Shown: one piece after another, positions 1 to 10,845 of the stretch | Layout: the number at the start of each line of letters is the position of its first letter | Position numbering within the stretch: the first letter of the stretch is position 1 | DNA from: an uncultured Acidobacteriota bacterium | GTDB lineage: Bacteria; Acidobacteriota; UBA6911; RPQK01; JAPXNP01 | Direction of reading: 5' to 3' | DNA: 64,000 nt | NCBI GenBank assembly: GCA_963777605.1 | Contig: CAVZRV010000013.1 | Coordinates: 32,001-96,000, forward strand | The notes under the pieces: model-generated | The model's database searches: none | What the model was told of the DNA's origin: nothing | The model's input: the letters and a program-made list of their open reading frames with translations, nothing else | Translations under genes and position numbers: made by a program

Positions 1-46
1 GCTCCAATCGGGACGCCCGTCTTCATCTTCTGATCTGATAGGTGTA

Positions 47-640
47 ATGCGATTTGCCATAGGCCTTCTGATGCTGGGTATCTTCTCCGCTGCGGCTGAG
101 CAGGGTCCTGACGCGTCTCGACTGGCGGCCCGCCTCGAGCTTCTGCGCCGCGGCGGCGTGTATCTCGAAAGTACCGAGAACGCCCTCGAGGTCTATGCCG
201 GCGGATGGAAGGTTCGGCGGTTTCCGGCTCGGATCCTCGAAGTCTCCCGGGGCAAGGCGACCGGCGTGTCGCAAGTCGAGGAGCTCATGCCTCTGGACCC
301 CACTCCGACTGCGATCATCGACAGTGAAAAGATCGCATCGGAATCGGGCAACACCGATTCCGATGTTTCGACGCTCGACCAGATCATCGGTGTCGACAAG
401 ATGCCGGAGACTTATTTGGCATACTTCGACGACGGGTCGATCTGGGTCGTCAATCCGGGCGAATGGATCGGACTCTCCCGGCTCTGGCGGAAGGGCGAGC
501 TGCAATTCCGGATGGCCCGATATCTGTTTCGACGGGCCGTCGATCTGGAGGGCTTCAAGATCTCTTTTCTCTCGATGGATCCGGAATCCGCGCAGCATCT
601 CTACTGGATCCTCGAGGAGCGGATACCGGTCGTCCAATGA
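47..640 (+). CDS. Secreted hypothetical protein, possibly a degenerate YkuD/L,D-transpeptidase-like fold
   Basis: Signal peptide MRFAIGLLMLGIFSAAA. N-terminal VYLESTENALEVYAGGWKVRRFP and C-terminal MDPESAQHLYWILEERIPVV echo YkuD ends. No catalytic His/Cys motif. Confidence 0.6.
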   Translation: MRFAIGLLMLGIFSAAAEQGPDASRLAARLELLRRGGVYLESTENALEVYAGGWKVRRFPARILEVSRGKATGVSQVEELMPLDPTPTAIIDSEKIASESGNTDSDVSTLDQIIGVDKMPETYLAYFDDGSIWVVNPGEWIGLSRLWRKGELQFRMARYLFRRAVDLEGFKISFLSMDPESAQHLYWILEERIPVVQ

Positions 641-889
641 GGCGGCAGCTGAACCGCGCAATCCCCAGCACAATCCTTAACAGCATGGTAGCGTGGAAGT
701 CAGGGTTGGGTCATCCGAGTGCCCCTGTTCGAACGGCCCGCCCCCACTTCTGCCGTGATCAACAAACGTGCCACGAGTCGCCCGGACTTCTTGTCGGAAC
801 GTCGTGTCATATTTCCGGGTGGGGCCTTTCGCTTAATCAGAAGGTGGATCAGCGCGGATCGGTCGCTTTGCAATCGTTGAAATCCAACT

Positions 890-1306
890 CTAAGAACGTT
901 TCTTAATGAGTTCCAGGATCCCTTCCTCGTCGAGGATCGGGATTCCTCGCTCTTCCGCTTCGGCCCGCTTCGATCCGGCTCCGGCTCCGGCGACCAGGTA
1001 ATCGGTGTTGCCGCTCACGCTCTGAAACGGTCCGCTCTCCCCCACCTCATGGATCGCAGAGAGATCCTGATGCGTAGGACCCATCAGATCATCCAGGATC
1101 TCCTCGATTTTCTCAGCCATTCCTTTGCCGATATTGGGGAGATCAGTCAAATCCCGGCTGTCGGCGATCTCTTCGATCCTTTCTGAAGAGTCGCGCACCG
1201 TGCGTGCCGCGGAGCGATAGGAACGGATTCGAAACTCATTTCCGCCTTCCAAGTCGATCAAGTCGGCGATTTCATCGAAGATGTCGGCAATCTGTGTGTT
1301 CTCCAT
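890..1306 (-). pseudogene. Chimera: DNA polymerase X N-terminal (8 kDa HhH) domain joined to a LigA-type BRCT C-terminus
   Basis: [34 protein letters not shown]...[16 protein letters not shown] is a PolX start. [39 protein letters not shown] is the BRCT end of an NAD-dependent ligase. Only 138 aa. Confidence 0.75.
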
Positions 1307-1819
1307 CGGTGGGCACTTCCATTGTCGGGACGAGCCGAGCGAACGTAAGATTCAGGAAACCAGTCTATGATCAAAATATCACTGAGATCAAAATGAACAA
1401 CCTGATTCCAAATGACATGCGGACCTCCCTTCTTCGTTGTTTCTGTTTGTCCGCCTCGAGTGAATCAGCTGTAGCGTCGGCTCTAAACACAGGAATTTTC
1501 TCGTATTCCACCCAGCCGAGAGTTTTCAATTAGGATAGGTCAAAGGAGCGGTCTGATCCCAACTGAACTTCTGGCACAGAGATGTATCGAACCGCTCAGG
1601 AAAAGGAGTCCCATCGCCACCATCATGTTCCCTCGAATTGTTCGTTTTCTTGGGCTTCTATAGACTGTGTCTCACCCAGAATGGATCACGGGCTTGCCGC
1701 ATGAGATTCTCAACGCTGCTGAAACGATCCGGTGCTTTCTGGGGCGTTAGGAAGCCTGGCCAATGAAAAGAATGCCGCGGTCCACTGTCCTTCATTTTCG
1801 AAGATGAGGTAAAGAATCG

Positions 1820-2893
1820 ATGCCTGGATTCGTCCCATCAACCCCGCCTGGAGCAGAAACTGGATCTTCCTTCGGGGACCGATTTCGATATTTCTGGGGG
1901 CGGCACAGGACGCTTTTCTGGAACCTCCATTCAATTTGGGCTCTGTTCGGCGGAGGGGCAGTCATCTTCCTCGCAGATGAGCGATATGGTTTCGTTCCCT
2001 GGGTCATTCTTTTCCTAATATTGACCTGGGTCTCCACTCTCTTGTTCTGCAGAGCCATCCTGCCCGAAAAAGGTTCGTCCAATCAGGCGGAACCACCGGC
2101 GTTGCACGAGGAGGTAGCATCTTATCTGACACGGGTCATGTACCAGGGAACGCTCTTCTTCCTTCTGCCCTTCTATTGGTATTCGACCGTGATCGGGTCG
2201 CTCAATCTCTCTTTTTCTATTTTGCTGGCGGGATTGGCGATTGTCTCGTGTATCGACCTGATCTTTGACCGATGGCTTCGGACTTACCCCTGGTTCGGGC
2301 TTGTCTATTTCTCGACTGTCACGTTTGCCGCCATCAACTTGTTGCTTCCCCTCCTGTTTCCGATCGGCCCGGCTGTAGCCACTCCGCTTGCCGGCCTTGT
2401 CGCTGTGGCCAGCGCCATCCCTCTAGCCATTCGTGGCTCGCAGACCGGTCGTTCAAATAAGCTCTGGTTCGCGTTACTGGTTGGATGGTTCCTTCTCCTC
2501 GTGGTCGCCTTTCCCCGGTTGGTTCCTCCCGTACCCCTGAGGCTGGAGCGTGCGACCTTTACCTCGGACATCGACAGAGAGACGCTGGTCGCGGCCGACA
2601 GGTTGACGCTCAACGTGAAATCGGCAGAGCTGCGAGGTGCGATTTACGTCCTGGCCGAGGTCTTCGCGCCTTCGGCGCTCCCCGCGAGTGTCAGTTTGGA
2701 GTGGAATCGAGACGGAGAGGAGATTCGCACTTCTCGAGAAATCGAGATCACCGCGCACGCACTGGGGTTCCGGATCTGGGATGGCTACCATTCAGCAAGT
2801 GGCAAAATTCCCCCAGGCGAGTATGAAGTGACTTTTCGTACCGACGGACAGAGGTGTTTTGGCGTGGCTCAAATTCTGGTCAGCGCTGATTGA
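1820..2893 (+). CDS. Multi-pass membrane protein with C-terminal DUF2914-like domain
   Basis: About 8 hydrophobic segments, then VFAPSALPASVSLEW...GFRIWDGY...PPGEYEVTFRT, typical of DUF2914. Confidence 0.75.
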   Translation: MPGFVPSTPPGAETGSSFGDRFRYFWGRHRTLFWNLHSIWALFGGGAVIFLADERYGFVPWVILFLILTWVSTLLFCRAILPEKGSSNQAEPPALHEEVASYLTRVMYQGTLFFLLPFYWYSTVIGSLNLSFSILLAGLAIVSCIDLIFDRWLRTYPWFGLVYFSTVTFAAINLLLPLLFPIGPAVATPLAGLVAVASAIPLAIRGSQTGRSNKLWFALLVGWFLLLVVAFPRLVPPVPLRLERATFTSDIDRETLVAADRLTLNVKSAELRGAIYVLAEVFAPSALPASVSLEWNRDGEEIRTSREIEITAHALGFRIWDGYHSASGKIPPGEYEVTFRTDGQRCFGVAQILVSAD

Positions 2894-2979
2894 TAACGGG
2901 AGCCGCAGCCAAACCTTGAGGGCTGAGCTTTCTTGTCGGAGTATAGGTTTTCTTTTCCTGCATCCTCATCCAATCTTTA

Positions 2980-3678
2980 CTAAGCCATTCCATGTTTCCA
3001 TTTGATAGAAACTAACCACCAATTCATAGGATATGTAAATATTGTTCCAACGATTAATCCTAATGAACCGAAGCCCCAAAATGAAGCTTCAGAGGGAAGG
3101 GGGATATGACCAACGACACTCGGAGTAACAAATTTCATCACCAGTCTCATACCAAGCATAACTGTCATCATTGAAAAAACTTCCGCCCTTCCTCCTTTCC
3201 ATAAGGACATTAAAGGTGAATTTCCCATATCTCCCATAGCAATATATTGGAAGATAAACCACCCAAAGGAAAATCCTACAGCATATTCAAACCAGAATTC
3301 TGTCCAGAATTCAAGGCCAATAATTCTAGATATTACCATCGCGGTCATTATTCCAAGACCATCACCGCCGACACAATGCATAACGGAGCCGAAAACTTTT
3401 TTCCATTTTTTATTAACATAATTATGATGGACTTCTTTCTTGGCCTCATTTTGATAATTTCCAATATTTGGAGGACGACAGGTTACTTTGTACAGGAGCA
3501 GTCCTAAAATGGAAAAAAATATGATAATGATTATCCAGCCGAATTTTAATGCTGTGTTAACTTCAGTATTTATTTTGAGCACATCATAGGTCACCACTAA
3601 TGCCCCGAAAATTCCAATAGAATACCACGTTATTACAAACGCATTGGATGTTAAGAATTCTAAAAATGAAAAATCCAT
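2980..3678 (-). CDS. DUF4396-family membrane protein (low GC)
   Basis: SVMHCVGGDGLG, WFEYAVGFSFGWFIFQY and YPMNWWLVSIKWKHGM motifs. DNA is visibly AT-rich compared with its flanks. Confidence 0.8.
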   Translation of the reverse strand: MDFSFLEFLTSNAFVITWYSIGIFGALVVTYDVLKINTEVNTALKFGWIIIIIFFSILGLLLYKVTCRPPNIGNYQNEAKKEVHHNYVNKKWKKVFGSVMHCVGGDGLGIMTAMVISRIIGLEFWTEFWFEYAVGFSFGWFIFQYIAMGDMGNSPLMSLWKGGRAEVFSMMTVMLGMRLVMKFVTPSVVGHIPLPSEASFWGFGSLGLIVGTIFTYPMNWWLVSIKWKHGMA

Positions 3679-3690
3679 AATATTATCTTC

Positions 3691-4059
3691 TTAACTCTTC
3701 CCCTTCAGAATCCCGGCCGAAGCGGGAACCCATCCGCCGTGGCAGATGAAGGCGACGATACCGCCTTGCTCGTTGACGTTTCGGACGAGTTCCACGAACG
3801 GCGGATGACGACGCATGTGGTCCGGAGAGTAGCCCCCCGGAATGATGACCGCATCGACCTTAGCCGGGTCCACGGAAGCCACGGAGACGTCCGCCGTAAC
3901 GGGATACCCGTGCTTGCTCTCGTAGACGTCCCCTTTACTTTTCCCGGCAACCACGACCGATGCGCCCGCCTCTTTCAAGCGGAGCAGGGGATACCAGAGT
4001 TCGAGGTCTTCATAGATTTTCTCTGCCAGAATGACCACGCGTTTATTGAGTTATTCCAT
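3691..4059 (-). pseudogene. pfpI: PfpI/DJ-1 family type 1 glutamine amidotransferase, truncated
   Basis: YEDLELWYPLLRL, IIPGGYSPDHMR and FICHGGW motifs. ATG at 4059 is followed by in-frame TAA at codon 3. The ORF ends at ILKGKS, missing the usual C-terminal part. Confidence 0.8.
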
Positions 4060-4086
4060 TTTTCCAACTTCCTTTTCGGTTTGAGT

Positions 4087-5185
4087 TCACCTCTCGCTGC
4101 TCCTCCTGCTGGCCCAGTTCATCAGGCTTCCCTCGCGAATGATCTCGATCTGCCGAGAGGAGAGCTGGTGTCGGACCGGAAGGGTTACATCGCGTCCGAC
4201 AATCCGTAGACTGAGCATTTCCTTGCGATTCAGGTGATCGAGTCCGGCCAACTCGAGATGGTCGTCCGCCTCGATCTGGTCATAATCCTCGGGGTGTTCG
4301 AAGCTCAGGGGTAGAATGCCGAAGTTCACCAGGTTCTGCTCGTGAATCCGGGCAAAGCTCTTGGCGATGACCGCCCGAAGACCGAGGTAACGGGGCGCCA
4401 GGGCTGCATGCTCCCGGCTTGATCCCTGCCCATAGTTCCGGCCCGCAATAATGATGTGATCTCCCGTCACCCTCCCTGCGCTGCTGCTTCAGGTACCGTC
4501 GCACTTCTTCGTCCGAAGGGAAAACCGTGCTGGTTGCACCCAGTTCGGTCCCCATGTTGGCGATGACGTGGCGATCCATCGCGGAAAGCGCCTCGAGGCC
4601 CGGCCCATGGTATTCGATAACACACTGGACCGCACCCGCCACGCCGTGCCGCCGCAGCATCTCCAGAATCACGTCCTTGGCACTGACCCAGTCCGGCAAT
4701 CGACCCGTGAGGCGCACACCGAAGACGCGGGGCATCTTCAGGGAAAAGGGATGGCCGGCCATGGCCATCGCAACCTCCAGGCCGCCCGCCCCCATTGCGA
4801 GCATGCCCAGTGCTCCAGCCGCCGGAGTGTGACTGTCCGAGCCCAGCAGGGTCTTCCCGGGGGCTCCAAATCGCTGCTGGTGTACAGGGTGGCTGACTCC
4901 GTTGCCCGGTCCGCTGAACCAGAGCCCGTATTTTCGTGCCGCGCTCAGCAAAAAGCGGTGGTCATCAGGGTTTTTGTTGTCTTCCTGGAGGAGGTTGTGG
5001 TCCACGTACTGAACCGAACACTCGGTTTGGACACGTGTCACGCCCATGGCTTCGAGTTCGAGCATGACCAACGTGCCGGTTGCGTCCTGGGTGAGGGTCT
5101 GATCGATCTTCAGCGCGATCTCTTCTCCGGCCTCCTTCCGGCCTTCGACGAGGTGAGACGAAATGAGCTTCTCCGCTACGTTCAT
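4087..5185 (-). pseudogene. Aconitate hydratase (small type) with large internal deletion
   Basis: N-terminal DQTLTQDATGT, GSDSHT and IANMGTELGATST motifs run to ~4470. The sequence then jumps, in another frame, to the swivel domain GRNYGQGSSREHAALAPRYLG. The central Fe-S ligand region is absent. Confidence 0.85.
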
Positions 5186-5622
5186 GATGTCCTCACGTGT
5201 GGGTCAGGAGGATGTTGACCCGGTCTTCAGAGGAGCCGACTCCGCATGAGCGTCACACCAGGCAATCAATCTGGACGGCGCCGTCATGCCGGGGGGAGTT
5301 ACGGACAGCCTCGATATCTAAACCCTGCATTCACCATATGCCACGGGCAGGGTGCTTTCAAATCGCCTGGCATACTAATACCTCATGCAAAAACCCCGAG
5401 ATCCTGGAAACGGGCACCTGCAACCCAGGCGTTCCATTCAGGGCAATTGAAGCCTTCACTGACCACTTGCGCTGAGATACGCTCTCTCCCCAGTTAGCCG
5501 GTCTGAGAGATGACGGATCGATTTTGGAGTTCTCCTCCTCCGATGAAGATGTGATTGTCGCCCCAGAGAGATTCCTGGCCCGCGCGAAATCCCGCCCACG
5601 AGATCAGAAGAGAAAATGGTAG

Positions 5623-5961
5623 TCAATCGAGTGGGGGCGCGGCCTGGAGTTTGATCGTTACGCTGTCCTGCCGTTCTACGGCTTCGACGATGATCAGGGT
5701 AATCTCTTCAGCCGCGTTCTCTTCGATTCGAAGATCGGCAATCCCGCGGTCCTGCATTTCCGGGGTAAGAGGTGCATTGAACCGCTCGTACGTGCCGTGC
5801 TGCTGTTCTCCGCGGACGGCTTCCTTGGCCAGGAACTCTTCCTCGAATACGGATGTAGTCGATGTCCCGTCATTAAACTGCAGAGTGACCTCTGCGCCGT
5901 CCATGCAAATCTCGGTCAGGCCAAACTTGTTCTCTGGAATAACATCTGAAGTGCAGTGCAT
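5623..5961 (-). CDS. Hypothetical acidic protein
   Basis: 112-aa ORF with plausible composition directly downstream of the FtsH fragment. No motif recognised. Confidence 0.4.
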   Translation of the reverse strand: MHCTSDVIPENKFGLTEICMDGAEVTLQFNDGTSTTSVFEEEFLAKEAVRGEQQHGTYERFNAPLTPEMQDRGIADLRIEENAAEEITLIIVEAVERQDSVTIKLQAAPPLD

Positions 5962-5980
5962 AAGTTCCTTATCCGGTTGA

Positions 5981-6550
5981 TCAGGCCGATCGTCGGTTTT
6001 CTCGCTTCCCGTCGTGCCTTTTGTCGAGCAGAGAGATCACCCAATTGCCGCTGACCTCTTCGTCACGGAGCAGCTGGTCCGCGAGTTCATCCAGAGTTTT
6101 CTGGTTCTCCTGCAGAACCATGGTTGCTCGCTCGAAGGCATCGTTGAGTATTCTAAACACCACGCGGTCAATCTCCTTCGCGGTCTGTTCGCTGTATTTG
6201 CGCCGATGCGCAATCTCTTCGCCGAGAAAGACCTGCTGCTTTTCGTCGCCATATGAGACGTTCGGCAGTTCGTCGCTCATTCCCCAGTCGATCACCATTT
6301 TGCGGGCAAGTTGGGTGGCCTTCTTGAGGTCATCCTCCGCACCCGTTGAAATGGTCTCGAAATGGAGCTTTTCAGCAGCCCGCCCACCCAACAGGACGAC
6401 CAGCCTGTTGAGAAGCTCAGCCTTCTGGTAAACATACCTTTCGTTTTCGGGGTACTGGTCGCGCCCATCGCCCGTCCCCGGGGGATGATGCTGACCTTCT
6501 GAAGGACGTCCCCGTCAAGCAGCGCGCCGGCAGTAATAGCGTGTCCCCCG
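5981..6550 (-). pseudogene. ftsH: FtsH C-terminal peptidase M41 fragment
   Basis: LGGRAAEKLHFETISTGAEDDLKKATQLARKMVIDWGMS...YSEQTAKEID. Upstream frameshifted GHAI...KVSIIPRG remnants. No AAA domain. Confidence 0.85.
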
Positions 6551-6594
6551 CGTTCTAGATGGGTGGAGTCGCCAATTGTAAGGCTGTGAATTAA

Positions 6595-7330
6595 TCAGCG
6601 AACAGGCACGAGCGGGTCGAGCTTCCAGGACTCGAAACTCCGCAATCCCTCACGAAAGGGCGCTTTTCGGCCGGACTGGCGGTGGAACTCCAGTATCTGC
6701 CCCATGGCTTCAGGGTCGAACTGTGACTTATATTGGGATATCGCCCTGACTGACTGGGCCAACTCCCCGGCGGAAACTTCGATAACCGTATCAATGAACC
6801 GGTCGGCTACCCAGGCAAGCTGGCGCCCCGAGATGTCCAGGAGTTTCTGTGCCATTGTCCGCGTAAAAGCGAGGTAGAAAAGGCGAATCTTCTGCTCCGT
6901 TTCCCTCTGGAGCAACTCCGTGACGAGGCAACTGACCGCACGGTGATCCGGATGCCCAGTGATCCCATCGGGACCGAAAGTCAGAACCACATCCGGCCGT
7001 CGGTTTTGAAGAACGCCATGGAGTTGCTCCTTCAACTCGGCCTGCTGGGATCCAAGGAGTTCCTGGTCTACGAAATCAAGAATCGTTGGAGGCTCGATCT
7101 TCAGAATCTCACACGCCCGGTGAAGTTCCTGTTTTCGAATCCGCGCCAACTCAGAGGGATCGGAGACGCCTACATGAGATCGAAACCCTTTCTGCCCGGC
7201 GGTTGCACACACAAGGTGCACTTCGACGCCCCGCGCCGCATAGTGAGTGAGGACCGCACCCAATCCCATGTCGTCGTCGGGATGGGCCGTAATGGCCAGC
7301 ATCTTCTTTCCCTGCAGTGAAGTCACCTGT
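6595..7330 (-). CDS. PIG-L/LmbE family deacetylase (start approximate)
   Basis: LAITAHPDDD, TAGQKG and LTFGPDGITGHPDHRAV motifs. Confidence 0.85.
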
Positions 7331-7549
7331 ATTACCTCCCTGAAATCACTATACCCAATCTCAGTGAGCCAAGGTCCCGGCGGGCAGCTTTCGGCCGCTG
7401 AGGACGAATCCCATCTCATTGAGATAGTGCTCCTTTCGCAACTCACCGAGCCGAGCTTGGAGGACCCTCCTTCCGCGTGCCCATTTTGCCTGCAACCTGG
7501 CATCATCCAGATCTTAGAGCGTGTCGATGCCGGCCTGTCTCAAGGCCTG

Positions 7550-7764
7550 ACCGTACAAGGGTAGAGATCAACAAGCCTCCGGTGACGACGGTCGCCAAGG
7601 GGCGTTGCACTTCGGCCCCGGCACTGGTGTGGCCAGTGCCATTGGAGCAAATCCCGGACTGGCGACGAGAGCGGTCATCAGGACCGGGCGCAACCGTACC
7701 GATGCCCCTCTATCGGGCGCCTCATCAATCGATGCTCCCTCGCTGCGAATCTGGTTGACCTTGA
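7550..7764 (-). pseudogene. CusA/CzcA heavy-metal RND transporter C-terminal fragment
   Basis: GASVRLRPVLMTALVASPGFAPMALAT, then frameshifted EVQRPLATVVTGGL. Confidence 0.75.
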
Positions 7765-7803
7765 ACGGGGGGCTGCCGCTCCATGATTGCCCGCGCGCAA
7801 TAC

Positions 7804-7914
7804 GGCCGCGATCTGCACCAACTGCTGGGTGGCCAAGGTCTCGATCGAATGCCGAACGTAGCGTTCGTCCCGCTCGTCTCTCAGACACGAAGCAAAGCTG
7901 CGGCTCAGACCGTG
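7804..7914 (-). mobile_element. IS1380-family transposase remnant
   Basis: HGLSRSFASCLRDERDERYVRHSIETLATQQLVQIAA resembles the IS1380 N-terminal segment LxDxRxxxxVxHsxxxLxxQRxxQIAAGY. Confidence 0.5.
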
Positions 7915-8170
7915 ACTCGTACGGCCGGACCCGGTTGTCCATTTTGACTGCAATAAAGTGGCTAAAACCTGCCAGGAAAGAATGGCGGCTTTGACTCCAG
8001 TCTGGTAGGATTCATTGCAATTTCACCCGCATTCTCTCCTGTCGCATTCGCGTCGATTGAAATATGAGTGGGAGGTTTGGGCGAGCAATTGCCCGTTCAT
8101 TACCCTTGATATACAGGTTTTCCGAGGTCAGCTGACAAGATGAATAGGAGCGCGAGATTAGGAGAATTAT

Positions 8171-8899
8171 ATGATCCAGCGCGGTTTGTTTGTTTTCGTT
8201 CTGGCATTCCTCAGTGCGAACGCCCCCATGTGGGCCGGAGTGCCTCAAATTGTGCACCGACTGGCCCAAGTCGGTGCCGGAGGAGGGATTCGGAGCGTTA
8301 TTCTTGTTCTCAATGACGGTGAACAACAGGCGAGCTTCCACCTCGAGTTCTTTGAAGGGGGAGGCACCCCTCTGGAGGTCACCATCGGTGAAAGCACGGC
8401 CTCGTCCTTCGACCTGACTGTGCCCCCAAGAGGGACGACACGGTTCGTCGTGACCAGTTCCTCTACGACTCCAGTCGCAGGCTGGGCCCAGCTGCTGTCT
8501 TCCTTTCCGATTGGAGTTCAGCTTCTTTTCGAGATCTCGGCCGATGGCAATCTGGTCACGCAGGCGGCTGTGGAACCGGCCGCGACAACCCACTTGGCCG
8601 AACTGTTTGTGGATACGAAGTCAGGGAATACCGGTGTGGCACTGGCCAACCCGTCCGGGCTTGGCGGCATCGTCGTAAGGATCATTCTCAAGAACGATGT
8701 GGGCGAGGTGCTTGGCACGTATCAGAGTGAGATCCCGGCGCTCGGCCACTTCGCCAAGTTCGTTTCTGAGATCTTCCCGGAGGCCGCTGAGACAACCGGG
8801 TCGCTCGAGGTTTCAGCTACTGGTCTATTCACAGTCATTACCCTGCAGCAGACCGGGCTCGTTCTCGGGACCTTGCCCGTGATCACGCCGAGTTCCTGA
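8171..8899 (+). CDS. Secreted protein with two beta-rich modules typical of Acidobacteria
   Basis: Signal peptide; AQVGAGGGIRSVILVLN and NTGVALANP modules; HFAKFVSEIFP. Confidence 0.75.
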   Translation: MIQRGLFVFVLAFLSANAPMWAGVPQIVHRLAQVGAGGGIRSVILVLNDGEQQASFHLEFFEGGGTPLEVTIGESTASSFDLTVPPRGTTRFVVTSSSTTPVAGWAQLLSSFPIGVQLLFEISADGNLVTQAAVEPAATTHLAELFVDTKSGNTGVALANPSGLGGIVVRIILKNDVGEVLGTYQSEIPALGHFAKFVSEIFPEAAETTGSLEVSATGLFTVITLQQTGLVLGTLPVITPSS

Positions 8900-8918
8900 A
8901 ACCGGAAGGAAGTCACCA

Positions 8919-9911
8919 ATGAAAAGGAATCTAATATCGGCCATTCTTCTCCTTGCTTGCGTCACAACAACTTGTCTCGGGGATTTGACAGAGGACTATT
9001 CAGACGATCTCTCGGACCTGATCGCAACTCAAGGCCGCTGGCAAGATCTGGAGGTTGGCTCGGACCTCTCTCAGAGTACAAAGGATGCCGTTGGTGCTCA
9101 AATCGATTACCTCGTTCAATTGTTGAAACTGGGTGGGGAAGCTGGAAAACTGGAAGTCAGCGACGAATCCATAATGAACGGCGCGGCACAGCTTCTTGGC
9201 ACTGCATTTGGCATGTCGGCGAATTCATTGCTGACGAGCAGCAAGGCAATTGACGTCGAGCATGAGCTGGGTTCGGTGGTAAGGCGACTGTTCGACAGAG
9301 CCGAAACAGCCCATTTCCTCGCCCAACCGATCGATATTCCGAAAGGTCTGGTGTCTGCCCTCACTTGGCTTGTGGATTCCGGTGAGTGCACGGTCCGTTT
9401 GAGTGCGACTCGCTCGAATCCAGGCAGCGCGATCAGGTTTGCCGAGTTTGACATCCGAGCCCTGGCGTCTCCAGCTGGAGGGGTTTTTACGTGGGCTTGG
9501 GTGAGGTCGATCGACAGGGACGGAGACATCTTTACGCCGGCTGAAATCGAGAATGTCATCGTGTTCGGCACCTCTCCGACTGTGCCGCCGCCTGCAAAGA
9601 TCCTGAGCAACGCCTCTTTCGATGGCGAAGTACTCCCCATCCAGGAAACAGTGGCCTCGGGGGAACTGGGGCTGCTGAAGTTCAATCAGCAAATCGTGAA
9701 AGGCGCCGGCCTCTCCTCCCCCCTGTCGCCTCTTCCCGAAGGATTCAGAACCTTGGCGATTGCGGTTCGGTATGACGCCCCGAATGGAAGTTCCTGTCAG
9801 GATGACCTGTGGATTTCCCTATACGACTCTTTCGAAATCCATGATTCGCACTTCATGAGCGGCGATGTCCGGAATAGATTGTTGGAGGAAGAGGGCTGGA
9901 GACCTCAGTGA
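8919..9911 (+). CDS. Secreted hypothetical protein
   Basis: Signal peptide MKRNLISAILLLAC; starts 19 bp after the previous gene, with an RBS-like AGGAAG. Confidence 0.65.
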   Translation: MKRNLISAILLLACVTTTCLGDLTEDYSDDLSDLIATQGRWQDLEVGSDLSQSTKDAVGAQIDYLVQLLKLGGEAGKLEVSDESIMNGAAQLLGTAFGMSANSLLTSSKAIDVEHELGSVVRRLFDRAETAHFLAQPIDIPKGLVSALTWLVDSGECTVRLSATRSNPGSAIRFAEFDIRALASPAGGVFTWAWVRSIDRDGDIFTPAEIENVIVFGTSPTVPPPAKILSNASFDGEVLPIQETVASGELGLLKFNQQIVKGAGLSSPLSPLPEGFRTLAIAVRYDAPNGSSCQDDLWISLYDSFEIHDSHFMSGDVRNRLLEEEGWRPQ

Positions 9912-10157
9912 CGGCCGGGCCAGTCAATCATCCGGTGCTGTCAAGTAGACAGGTGGCCGGCCCGAAGAACCAATCAATTTGAGGCGGTGGGGGTAGTGTT
10001 CTCGACTGGAGAAGAGGCTTCCTTGAGAGCACTGTGGCTCTGGACGAGTTGATTCGAAGGTGTTGGCACACCTGGGGCAGCCCGCACATGTCGCGCGGGG
10101 AGAACTGCCCCTGAGCGTACGTTTTAAAATTCTCTGTGAACCCTCAATTGATGAAGG

Positions 10158-10451
10158 CTAGACCTTCACCCGGTCCTTGAGACCCTTGCCCGGTTTGAAC
10201 GTGGGGACGGTACGTGCGGCGATCTCGATTGTCGCTCCGGTCTGAGGGTTGCGCCCCTGGCGAGCCTTGCGGTTCGACGTGTCGAAGGTGCCGAAACCCG
10301 GAATCGTGACGTTGCGTCCGGCGTCCAGTTCCACCGCGATGATCCCTTGTCCAGGCTCGGTGTCGAAGAGTGCGTTCACGACATCCGTAGCCTGAGATTT
10401 GGTCAATCCGGTTTTCTTCGCCAAATTTGTACAGAGTTCAGTTTTGTTCAT
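10158..10451 (-). CDS. hup: HU DNA-binding protein
   Basis: MNKTEL...IPGFGTF...RKARQGRNPQTGATIEIAARTVPTFKPGKGLKDRV; RBS AAGGAGG. Confidence 0.95.
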   Translation of the reverse strand: MNKTELCTNLAKKTGLTKSQATDVVNALFDTEPGQGIIAVELDAGRNVTIPGFGTFDTSNRKARQGRNPQTGATIEIAARTVPTFKPGKGLKDRVKV

Positions 10452-10808
10452 GCTCTTTCCTCCTTAAATAGCCCCGATATAGCAGGAGCAGGCACACGTT
10501 TGGAAGTTTCAATATCCGAGACATTTACACAAATCCAGTTCGTGTGCAACTACCTATCTTCCGGGGAATTCCTTCAAAATGATGTGTTTGTAAACCGGGA
10601 GTCCGATGGCTCAAGCCACAACCAAACGATATTCTACCAAAAATCAATCACTTCGACAGAATTCGGGGCTTTACAGGATGCCCCGACCAGAGGGACAGGG
10701 AATTCGGCCTGGAAGGACAACTGGAAGTTCACTTACATTGTGCGCAGACAAGAGGCAGCAGGGAGTTGTCCTCAAATCGAGGAGGTTTTCGGGAGCCGAT
10801 TTTGAAGA

Positions 10809-10838
10809 AGGCCGGCTGCTTGAGGAGCAACCGGCCTC
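10809..10838 (-). terminator. Hairpin after spondin gene
   Basis: AGGCCGGCTGCT-TGAGG-AGCAACCGGCCT imperfect inverted repeat just past the stop codon. Confidence 0.45.
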
Positions 10839-10845
10839 GCGGAAG

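Noticed and set aside
1572-1590. Sigma54-like TGGCAC upstream of the DUF2914 gene
   Set aside because: The -12 element is TGTA rather than TTGC.
4051-4059. Stop-codon readthrough (Sec/Pyl) at the pfpI start
   Set aside because: The stop is TAA, not TGA or TAG, and the gene is also 3'-truncated; it is a pseudogene.
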